From: a virus
Lineage: Duplodnaviria > Caudoviricetes
Reading direction: 5' to 3' (one strand)
IMG/VR virus record: IMGVR_UViG_3300028129_000010
Span: 9,178 to 73,177 of that record
DNA: 64,000 nt
Position numbers and translations under genes: made by a program. The notes under the pieces were generated by a model that was not told the DNA's origin, made no database searches, and saw only the letters and a list, made by a program, of their open reading frames with translations. This document shows, one piece after another, positions 48,892-57,995 of this stretch. Numbering within the stretch: the first letter of the stretch is position 1; the number at the start of each line of letters is the position of its first letter.

Positions 48892-50439
48892 TTACTTTTT
48901 TTCTTTATTTTTATTCTTACTAGATTTAACTATTTTAATCTTACCTTCACCAATATCTACCAATTTTTTACCCTTATCTAGTTTTCCTTTTAAAATGACT
49001 TCATATATTTTGAAATTATCATTATCTTGTAATTCCTTTAATATATCTATTCTGTATTTAAAAGCACCACTAGTTCTTTTATCTTGAAAGTTAGTTGCTA
49101 GGTTAGGATAAATATCACCAGGACCTCTTTTTTTAACAATTGTGTAATATCTTCTACCTTCTTTCATAGGCATATCTTTAGTATTACTATCTGTAACTCT
49201 AAACTGAGTAAACTCAATCATCTTCTGTTCACCAGTTTTAAAATCCTTTAATAACTTTGAATTTTTTTCAGCTGACTTAAGCCATCCAGATAATTTTTCA
49301 TCAGCTGGTATAATACCTCTTTCTTTAGCAACGCCTATAAATTCTAAAAATGCGTTAGGTTTTCTCCAAAGAGCATTCCTAAGGATTTTATCATCTTTCA
49401 TGAATTCTTTAAACTGAGCTTCTATTTCATCATCAGACAAACCATTAAACTCATCTTCTTCAGAATCTATTTGACTCTTAATATCTGATGATATGTAATT
49501 ATCTATAGCATAAATTACAAAATCTTCTGACTTAGATTTAACATTACCACCATCTTCAGCACCACCAACATACTTTTTCATTTTTATATCAGCGTAATCG
49601 GGTTTGAATATAACTTTACCAGTTTTATCATCCTTAACTTCTTTAACCTTTAAATCTATATTTTTAGAGTCTAATTTAAATTCTATTTGATTACCAACTA
49701 ATTCTTTATACCTATCAGCCTCTTCACTTCCGTAAGCACTATCAATCTCCCAAGAAACACTACTTGAATCTTTACTAGTAACAATTAGATTTAATTGCCC
49801 ACCACCCTTAAATTCAAATAGATAAGTATTATCTAATTTAGACTCTCTAATAGTATTTAATAAATCATTTACAGCATCAGTTCTAGTATCTTCTTCAGTT
49901 GGTTCTGAATTATCTATATTATCTTGTCCAGGCTCTTCAATTGCACCAGTATCAACATTAACATTAAACTTAGCTTTTAAATTAGAATCTAAATTACAAT
50001 TTAAATCAGTACCAGCACCCTCAAAAACTTTAAAATCTTTAATTTTATTATTTTTTTGTTTCCAGTTTTTAACGTCTGATTTAATAGATTTTATAGAACT
50101 AGTATCCTTTATATTCTTATGTTGTTCAATATCTGCTGATAACTTACCATCACCTTGTAAACTAGAAGCAGTTAAGAACCAGAATTCATTCTTATGAACA
50201 CCATTATTACAATTAATCATTAATATTTGACCACTAAAAGCATCAATAACTTTGAAATGTAATTCACTACCACCCAATGTAGTAACCATTATAGCATCAC
50301 CAGCTTTGATTTTTCTAATAGCATCGGACATATTCTGTTCCAATATCAATCTATTATACTGGGATTCAGTAATAACTAACTTAGTTTTGGGTTTATTGAA
50401 TACCCTGTTATATTGTGATTCATTAATAACTAACTTCAT
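48892..50439 (-). CDS. Hypothetical virion-associated protein (515 aa)
   Basis: Tandem N-terminal KLVINESQYNR / KLVITESQYNR motifs; TATTTAT upstream. Confidence 0.55.
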   Translation of the reverse strand: MKLVINESQYNRVFNKPKTKLVITESQYNRLILEQNMSDAIRKIKAGDAIMVTTLGGSELHFKVIDAFSGQILMINCNNGVHKNEFWFLTASSLQGDGKLSADIEQHKNIKDTSSIKSIKSDVKNWKQKNNKIKDFKVFEGAGTDLNCNLDSNLKAKFNVNVDTGAIEEPGQDNIDNSEPTEEDTRTDAVNDLLNTIRESKLDNTYLFEFKGGGQLNLIVTSKDSSSVSWEIDSAYGSEEADRYKELVGNQIEFKLDSKNIDLKVKEVKDDKTGKVIFKPDYADIKMKKYVGGAEDGGNVKSKSEDFVIYAIDNYISSDIKSQIDSEEDEFNGLSDDEIEAQFKEFMKDDKILRNALWRKPNAFLEFIGVAKERGIIPADEKLSGWLKSAEKNSKLLKDFKTGEQKMIEFTQFRVTDSNTKDMPMKEGRRYYTIVKKRGPGDIYPNLATNFQDKRTSGAFKYRIDILKELQDNDNFKIYEVILKGKLDKGKKLVDIGEGKIKIVKSSKNKNKEKK

Positions 50440-50474
50440 AAAGATGTCTTTTTTATAATAAATATCTAAAACAT

Positions 50475-50510
50475 AAAAAAATACCCAACTATTTAATTAG
50501 TTAGGTATTT
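50475..50510 (-). terminator. Intrinsic terminator overlapping the chaperone-extension stop
   Basis: Minus strand AAATACCTAACTA-loop-TAGTTGGGTATTT-TTTT. Confidence 0.75.
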
Positions 50511-50769
50511 GTCCTGTTTTTAATTTAGACTTTAATTGTTCACCACCTATCCTTGTGGTTCTAGAACCCTTAGCGTTTTTATTCCTAGCACTCTGCATTT
50601 GCTCCTCCATCATTTCATTTTTCTTATTATTTTCATTAATAAGTGTTAATAAGAAAAACTTTCTTTCATGGGTTGGTGCTGATAAAACGTCTTGATAAGT
50701 CATACCTAAATGTTTTATACAAATATATATCTCCTCTAATAGTCCTGGTTTATATTCTGGCGTTAGGCC
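50497..50769 (-). CDS. Tail assembly chaperone C-terminal extension (T-like), probably reached by frameshift
   Basis: The frame of the 68-aa ORF is open upstream of its ATG (50703) through the T7 run: GLTPEYKPGLLEEIYICIKHLGMTYQDVLSAPTHERKFFL. Confidence 0.65.
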   Translation of the reverse strand, partial: GLTPEYKPGLLEEIYICIKHLGMTYQDVLSAPTHERKFFLLTLINENNKKNEMMEEQMQSARNKNAKGSRTTRIGGEQLKSKLKTGQIPN

Positions 50770-51874
50770 AAAAAAACCTTGGCGTAATGGGAAGAAACAT
50801 ATTTATGGACCCACCTCCAGGAGTCCTTACATCGATATTCATATCAATGCCACATTCTATCTTAGATATGTAATTTCTTAGACCTTGAGCATCTCCTACT
50901 CTCATAGAGTTTGCGAACTCTTTTATGTATGTTCTGTCTTTATTTCCATCAATATCAACTAACTGCCTTTCCAAAATAAGTGTTTGTTCTTCATTAATTG
51001 GATTATCTTTATTTTCTTCTACTAATTTCTCAAGATTCTCTAACTCACCAACTGTAAGCATCTTAAACCTAACAGTTTTTTTACTTAACGGTAATTCATA
51101 AGTGAAAAGACCATCAGATTCTGGCTCAACACTTAAATTAACCGTCTTAAGGTCAGATAAGTTAACTTCAGTCTCAAAAGGTTCATCATTCTCATCATAA
51201 GCTAATATTGGATACATTTCACCATACCCTGTAGCTCTAAGCCAAATCATAATTGCATTTCTATCACCAGGCACCAAATTCTCATACCTTAAATCTGGTT
51301 CAAGTAATTTTCTATTAATAAGAATCTCTAAAAATTCACCACTTTCAACTAAGTTTGGTGAAGTAAGAATATTTTCATCTGCTGTGGTTAAATAAGCAAC
51401 CTTAACACCTTTCTTTTTAGTTTTATATAATTTACCCTCAGAAGGTAATGGAATAACATCAAATGGTTGATTAAATTGAGGCTGACTAATAGATTCAATG
51501 TAAGCATCATTATTATCCTTATTAGGTTCTTCATTAGAATCACCAGAATTATTATTATTATTATTATTATTTGTTGGTGGTGGGGTTGTTGGAGGAGGTG
51601 TTCTATCAGCTCTCTTTTGTTCCATTTTTTTAGCTCTTTTCTCATCCATCTGTCTAGCAATTTCTTCTTGTTTTCTTAATTGCTCATCCCTATTCCTTAT
51701 TAACTCTTCATTATTCTTTCTCATTTCAGCAGCAGCTTCAGCTTCTTTTTGAGAACCATAATCTGTTTCAAGATTATTTTCACTAGCTAATTGATTAGCA
51801 ATTCTTTCACCAGTATCATTAGCTTCATTGATTTGTTCTTTTGTTGGAAAAACATTAGGTTTTACATCACTCAT
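50750..51874 (-). CDS. Tail assembly chaperone / T4 gp26-like baseplate hub assembly protein (374 aa)
   Basis: PFDVIPLPSEGKLY; YLTTADENILTS; LVPGDRNAIMIWLRATGYG; FKMLTV; ends ITPRFFWP. Confidence 0.7.
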   Translation of the reverse strand: MSDVKPNVFPTKEQINEANDTGERIANQLASENNLETDYGSQKEAEAAAEMRKNNEELIRNRDEQLRKQEEIARQMDEKRAKKMEQKRADRTPPPTTPPPTNNNNNNNNSGDSNEEPNKDNNDAYIESISQPQFNQPFDVIPLPSEGKLYKTKKKGVKVAYLTTADENILTSPNLVESGEFLEILINRKLLEPDLRYENLVPGDRNAIMIWLRATGYGEMYPILAYDENDEPFETEVNLSDLKTVNLSVEPESDGLFTYELPLSKKTVRFKMLTVGELENLEKLVEENKDNPINEEQTLILERQLVDIDGNKDRTYIKEFANSMRVGDAQGLRNYISKIECGIDMNIDVRTPGGGSINMFLPITPRFFWPNARI

Positions 51875-51943
51875 AATTAAAACGTTTTAATAAATTTTTA
51901 TATCCTAAATCTACTTAATAAATATCCTAAGTAAAGTTTTTTA

Positions 51944-51974
51944 TTGCTTTTTTAATCATATAGTATTATATTTG
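51944..51974 (+). promoter_or_regulatory. Bacteroidota housekeeping-sigma promoter for the 71-aa gene
   Basis: (A)TTG (51944-46), 20 nt, TATATTTG (51967-74). Confidence 0.7.
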
Positions 51975-51997
51975 GTTTAATATTAAAATTAATTATT

Positions 51998-52213
51998 ATG
52001 GAAATAAACGATATTAAAAAAGAATTATACAAACAAAAACCTACAGCTAACATTCTTTTTATTAGAAAAGGTGTTGCATATTACACAACAATAATTGAAT
52101 TTGAAGAACAAACACATTCTGTTAGATTTGAAGTACCTGTAGACGATATGGGTGATGCTGATTTTTTCCCAGAAATGGATGGTAAATTATTAATTAGGTA
52201 TATAAGTAAATAA
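51998..52213 (+). CDS. Hypothetical protein, moron-like (71 aa)
   Basis: Own promoter, A/T-rich leader and terminator; antisense to the tail operon. Confidence 0.75.
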   Translation: MEINDIKKELYKQKPTANILFIRKGVAYYTTIIEFEEQTHSVRFEVPVDDMGDADFFPEMDGKLLIRYISK

Positions 52214-52241
52214 AAAAAGACCTCTTAATTGAGGTCTTTTT
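52212..52241. terminator. Bidirectional intrinsic terminator
   Basis: A7-GACCTC-TTAATT-GAGGTC-T5 between convergent genes. Confidence 0.85.
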
Positions 52242-52254
52242 ATTTATTTTTTTT

Positions 52255-52890
52255 TTAATTACTAGGTATAGTACCGTTAGTTGTTGCTATATCACCACGT
52301 TTAGATTGACCCATGTATTCTAATTTATAATCAGTAATGGTATAATCTGCATTATTACCTTCAAGTCTACCTTTTTCTTTAAGATATAATTTTTCTTCTT
52401 CAGCTTTTCTTTCTGCTTCTGATAATTTATGGTCTTCTAGTTCATACCATGAACCCCTAGTTTTTGCAGCATAGGGTTGCATTGTCATTGTACCCCCATC
52501 ATCTGTTGCTAATGTTGCATATTGATTTGGTGAAGTAGGTTCTGCTACGTCTTCGGTTCCATAAGAAAATTTATAAACATGTGGGGTTTTCTTTTGACAT
52601 GAAGCGGCACCACCAACAATAGCACAAACAACTAAAGTTTTAGCTACAGCATCTTTATAAGATTTAAATTTTTCCCCAACACCTTTAATCAAATCTTCAC
52701 CTAACATATCTTCTTTAATCATTAGATTAATTTCATTTGGGTTAACACCTAATTTATCCAATTCAAGTTTAATAACATCTGGTATATCACTATTAACATC
52801 TTCATTTATTAAACCCTTTGAAGTCAAATATCTTTGTTCAGCTAATAAATTAGCCTTTCTCATGTTTTTTGTTTTATCAAATCTTCTCAT
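52255..52890 (-). CDS. Hypothetical protein with internal hydrophobic, lipobox-like segment (211 aa)
   Basis: MRRFDKTKNMRKANLLAEQRYL leader; KTLVVCAIVGGAASCQKK; TATTTATA upstream. Confidence 0.6.
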   Translation of the reverse strand: MRRFDKTKNMRKANLLAEQRYLTSKGLINEDVNSDIPDVIKLELDKLGVNPNEINLMIKEDMLGEDLIKGVGEKFKSYKDAVAKTLVVCAIVGGAASCQKKTPHVYKFSYGTEDVAEPTSPNQYATLATDDGGTMTMQPYAAKTRGSWYELEDHKLSEAERKAEEEKLYLKEKGRLEGNNADYTITDYKLEYMGQSKRGDIATTNGTIPSN

Positions 52891-52923
52891 AACAGTTTTT
52901 ATTTATAAATATTAACAATATAT

Positions 52924-52953
52924 AAAAAAAGACCCCTTAATTGAGGTCTTTTT
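52924..52953. terminator. Intrinsic terminator after tail tube gene (near-identical copy of 52212-52241)
   Basis: A7-GACCCC-TTAATT-GAGGTC-T5; 29/30 identical to the other copy. Confidence 0.85.
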
Positions 52954-52986
52954 AAAATATTTAAATGTTTTAATTTTAAAAATTAA

Positions 52987-53475
52987 TTAGAATAATAAAA
53001 TCGCTCTATCAAACCTTAAATCAGCTGTGATATCAGCGATAGCATCATCATCCATTGATAAGTCACCAAAGTTAACGTTAGTCAACATAGTTCCTTGTAG
53101 TAACCACTTTTCAATAACAACACCTGTTGGGTCAAGCATTTCTAAATCAACTTCTTTTTTATAACCAGCAGCATAACCTTGCCTACCAGTGATTGATTCT
53201 GATTGCAAACGCACCCATTCCATAATAGCTTGCGCAGCTGAAGGACCAATAGGGTCTCTAAATGTAACTGAAATTGATTCCCAAGTAAATCTACCGATTA
53301 CCCAGGTAGATGTGTTAAGAAATGGAATTTCTACTTCATTTTGTGTGATTGATGGTCTAGAAGCAGACGCTAACCACCATTCTTGAATACCTAATTCAGC
53401 TGGAAATCTTAAAAGCCATCTATTCTTTTTCTTTGGTTCGTACTGAAAGGGCATTTTCATCAATAAATCTGCCAT
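52987..53475 (-). CDS. Tail tube protein (T4 gp19-like, 162 aa)
   Basis: EPKKKNRWLLRF; ASRPSITQNEVEIPFLN...GRFTWESISVTFRD; YKKEVDLEMLDPTG.VIEKW.L.G...GDL.M. Directly follows the sheath gene. Confidence 0.92.
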   Translation of the reverse strand: MADLLMKMPFQYEPKKKNRWLLRFPAELGIQEWWLASASRPSITQNEVEIPFLNTSTWVIGRFTWESISVTFRDPIGPSAAQAIMEWVRLQSESITGRQGYAAGYKKEVDLEMLDPTGVVIEKWLLQGTMLTNVNFGDLSMDDDAIADITADLRFDRAILLF

Positions 53476-53620
53476 GTTTTATAATTTTTTTTCTTTTATT
53501 TATTATTCTTTATTAATAAATATGTGATTTGATTTTTTTTATCTATTTTATCACATTTTATATTTATTTTTTTTAATATTAAGGCTCAATTAAGAGCCCT
53601 AAGATTAAATATTATATCGA

Positions 53621-56461
53621 TTAAATATCATCGAAACTTGCACCAGTGTTCATAATGTTGAACTCAACACAAATGAATTCTAAAGCTCTTGTTGGTTTCA
53701 AGAAGATTCTACCACATAATTCGTTTCTATCTCTAGATTCTGGAGAATCATCAAGAACCACTCTAAAGTCTGTAAGACCTCTATCAGCTCTAATGTTATC
53801 TAAGATTGGGTTAACAAGACCTAAGAACTGGTTTCTTACGATATCATCATTTTGTTCGAATAACAATCTGATTGATACAGCAGAAATTAATTTTCTAGCT
53901 TGTAATAAAAGTCTTCTAACATTAATTCTATTAAGAGCAGTATCTTTAACTTGAAGTGTTTTGTTACCCCAAATCTTAATACCTTCTGAAGCGAAAGTAG
54001 CAATTGGGTTAACTCTACCATCGTAAAGAGTATCTCTTTCTGCAAGTGTTAATTTCTTTCTTGCTTTAATAGCTTGAACATCACCTCTGTTTACACCAGC
54101 AACTGCGAACCATGGGAATGAAATGTTGTCTGTAAGTGCAATGTTTCTTACTACGTCTCTTGTAGGTGGAACGTAAATGTAAACATTGTTTTCAGCATCA
54201 TTAATCTGAATCCAAGGCCAGTAAGTAGCTGTATAGTTAGAGTCAAATTGACTATCAAGTGTATCAACAACATCCTCTGGTAATAAAACATCACCAGCAG
54301 CATCTGTATCTGGAGTAGTAACAATATAAAGTGAATCCGCTCTATCTTGTTCTACCATTTCGATAGCTTCCTCTACTAAGTTACTATTATCAAAAGTATC
54401 GATACCTGGTGTAGAGAATATATTAACATTTGTAGCTTCTGGGTTTTTGAAAGTCCAAATAGCCTCTAAATATGCGTAGTAATCAGAGTTAATACCTGTA
54501 TCACCATTTGTTAATGCTCTTTGTGTAAATACATCACTTGATAAACCAGCTTGACCAGCAGTACCATTTATAATATACTTATCTCTATTTGTTCTTCTTG
54601 TTCTATGTACATCCCATCCATCAAAACCACCATATGGTGCGAATGTGAATTTTCTAGCATATACTTTTTCATAGTCAGTACCAACAACACCAGAATCACT
54701 CCTAAATTCAGCGTTACCTGTGTCAAATTCGTAAACTGGACTATAAGTACCACCAGTATTATTAATTACGATTTCAACATTATCAATAGTTGCACCAGTA
54801 GCGTCAACATCCATATGGAAACCTTTAGTTAAACCAGTCCATTCATTTAAATCACCAACTGTTGGAATACCCTTATAATCGAAAAAGTCTTGGTCAATAC
54901 CTTTAGTCTCAGAAAGACCTAAATAGAATTTTCTCTTATTTTCGAAAGCACCATAAGTTTGTTTATATTCAATTGTTGGTGTTTGAACTGAAGTGTTACC
55001 ATTAGTTTGGTAATCTCTAACTGGGAATCCTACGAAACCAGCTGGGAACGCATCAGAAGTATCTGATTCTTCCTCAAGTTCAATTAATACATAACTTGAA
55101 CGTGAAGCAAATTCACCATCAAGTGTACCAACTCTCTTAGCAACATAGTTATTAGACGTTGGGTCCATACTACATCTTGTAAATCTTTCAAATACTACAG
55201 GTTTAGCATCAGTATCATCATAAGCTCTGATTTCAATATCAAATTCTTTATCATTTAATCTAATATTCTTGATAGATATTTTAAATTGTCTGTTAGCAGC
55301 ATCACCATCAGATATTGTGTGAAGTCTGAAAAGTCTTAATACCTTATTACCTCTTAACTCAGACACAACCCAAGGACTAACCGCTGGTTGATATTCTTGT
55401 AAATAATCATTAAAGTCATCACCATAGTTAACTAATGAGTCAATATTAATACCTCTCACTTGGTCATTATCAATATAGTCTTCTAACATTTCACTAAATA
55501 ATTCTTCAACGAATAATGCAGTCTGACCATCTTGAGCAGCTCTACCTAATACTTTAGTAATATAATTATTTTTAGTCTTATCAAGTGATAATGAATACGA
55601 GAAATTACCTTGAGTTGTAGAATCACCAGTGATTGTGAAATTACCTAATACATTAGATTCAGCTGTTGTAACTGAAGGGTCAAACCCTATATCAGTAGAA
55701 CCTGTAATTTGATGTCTAACGAATTCATCAGCATCAACAGTTGCTCTACTTCTTAATAATGCAACAATCTTATCTTCTACATTTGAGAACCCAGCTCCAG
55801 AGTAGTGAACTGTAACCCCTGAAGTTGTACCAGTTTGTAAAGAACCAAAAAGTCCTTCAGCAACTACTTTATGATTAATACTAGCACCACTAAATGTATC
55901 ACCAGACTTATCGAAAACAGGTCCTATAAGTGTTGGTGTAGCAGCAGTTGAAGCTGTAGCTAAATACGCTAGTTCATTTGTTAATAAACCTTCATCCCAT
56001 AATGATTGTACTAATGGGTCACTAGAAACAACAGTAGTAAGAGTACCACTATCAGCAGTATATGAAATTAAAGTAGCATCTGTGATACCACCACCAGTAG
56101 TACCAGTAGTAGAACCATCTAAAGCTGCGTCAAGTGAAACACCCCAAGCTAAACCAGCATCATAACCAGAAAAACCAAGTACTCTTGTTACGAATAATTG
56201 GTTAGATTGTGATAAATACGATTTAGCGATGTAAGGTAATTCATATTTAGGCGCACCTGTATCTTTTATTTTTGTAGCGTTGAGCCCACCAAAAAATGAT
56301 GTGAACTCGTCATAGTTTGACACGAAAATCGGTTGGAAAGCTGGGCCCTTAGTTGTCTCACCAACTAAACCCAAAGTTGTTACACCAACTTGTCGCGTTA
56401 CGAAAGTTAAGTCTCTTTCTGAAGTATAAACTCCAGGACTTACAAATACCTTATCAGCCAT
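53621..56461 (-). CDS. Contractile tail sheath protein (946 aa)
   Basis: VSPGVYTSERD; GETTKGPAF; TYWPWI; WFAVAGVNRG; LYDGRVNPI; IWGNKTL...RINVRRL; IFLKPTRALEFI.VEF. Confidence 0.95.
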   Translation of the reverse strand: MADKVFVSPGVYTSERDLTFVTRQVGVTTLGLVGETTKGPAFQPIFVSNYDEFTSFFGGLNATKIKDTGAPKYELPYIAKSYLSQSNQLFVTRVLGFSGYDAGLAWGVSLDAALDGSTTGTTGGGITDATLISYTADSGTLTTVVSSDPLVQSLWDEGLLTNELAYLATASTAATPTLIGPVFDKSGDTFSGASINHKVVAEGLFGSLQTGTTSGVTVHYSGAGFSNVEDKIVALLRSRATVDADEFVRHQITGSTDIGFDPSVTTAESNVLGNFTITGDSTTQGNFSYSLSLDKTKNNYITKVLGRAAQDGQTALFVEELFSEMLEDYIDNDQVRGINIDSLVNYGDDFNDYLQEYQPAVSPWVVSELRGNKVLRLFRLHTISDGDAANRQFKISIKNIRLNDKEFDIEIRAYDDTDAKPVVFERFTRCSMDPTSNNYVAKRVGTLDGEFASRSSYVLIELEEESDTSDAFPAGFVGFPVRDYQTNGNTSVQTPTIEYKQTYGAFENKRKFYLGLSETKGIDQDFFDYKGIPTVGDLNEWTGLTKGFHMDVDATGATIDNVEIVINNTGGTYSPVYEFDTGNAEFRSDSGVVGTDYEKVYARKFTFAPYGGFDGWDVHRTRRTNRDKYIINGTAGQAGLSSDVFTQRALTNGDTGINSDYYAYLEAIWTFKNPEATNVNIFSTPGIDTFDNSNLVEEAIEMVEQDRADSLYIVTTPDTDAAGDVLLPEDVVDTLDSQFDSNYTATYWPWIQINDAENNVYIYVPPTRDVVRNIALTDNISFPWFAVAGVNRGDVQAIKARKKLTLAERDTLYDGRVNPIATFASEGIKIWGNKTLQVKDTALNRINVRRLLLQARKLISAVSIRLLFEQNDDIVRNQFLGLVNPILDNIRADRGLTDFRVVLDDSPESRDRNELCGRIFLKPTRALEFICVEFNIMNTGASFDDI

Positions 56462-56504
56462 TCTTTACTTATTTTAAATTTTTATTATTTTCAGTTATCT
56501 AATA

Positions 56505-56511
56505 ATAAATA
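56505..56511 (-). promoter_or_regulatory. Putative phage late-promoter motif TATTTAT (example upstream of sheath)
   Basis: The same motif occurs within about 50 nt of at least 13 other starts, including 2303, 5606, 13143, 22710, 24836, 46060, 50458, 52904, 53516, 56795 and 63889. Confidence 0.6.
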
Positions 56512-56535
56512 TGTAGTAAAAAACCAAAAGAATTT

Positions 56536-56558
56536 ATATGGTCTTAAAAAGACCATAT
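56536..56558. promoter_or_regulatory. Perfect 10-bp inverted repeat, candidate operator
   Basis: ATATGGTCTT-AAA-AAGACCATAT between the divergent sheath and RHH genes. Confidence 0.55.
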
Positions 56559-56612
56559 TTAATGAGCTTTTTTTCTTACTTTTGTCATACTTATATATAA
56601 ATACTATATATT

Positions 56613-56768
56613 ATGTCTATAAAACGTACAAAAAACCTTAAAATCACGCCAAACACACATAAGGCGCTTAAAGAATATTGTCAGGAAAACGGTCTTAAGA
56701 TGTTCGCATTTGTTGAAAAAATAATCAAGGAGTCATGTAAAAAACCAACTGACATTTATGGTGAGTAA
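56613..56768 (+). CDS. Ribbon-helix-helix DNA-binding protein (51 aa; missing from ORF track)
   Basis: Hand translation: MSIKRTKNLKITPNTHKALKEYCQENGLKMFAFVEKIIKESCKKPTDIYGE*. Alternating beta strand (KNLKI), helix A, G-L-K-M turn and helix B. Confidence 0.8.
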   Translation: MSIKRTKNLKITPNTHKALKEYCQENGLKMFAFVEKIIKESCKKPTDIYGE

Positions 56769-56805
56769 TTTTAATTTTTATTAGTATTATAACATATTTA
56801 TAAAT

Positions 56806-57990
<1,185 letters not shown>

Positions 57991-57995
57991 AAAAT

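Noticed and set aside
51542-51572. Poly-Asn tract in the tail chaperone and the poly-Asp tract at about 20516-20546 as phase-variation switches
   Set aside because: Both are trinucleotide repeats in disordered linkers; unit changes keep the frame and no domain boundary is affected.
20876-56461. Bacterial eCIS/T6SS/tailocin locus
   Set aside because: The tail genes are interleaved with a phage replication block and a homing endonuclease, and no host housekeeping genes are present.
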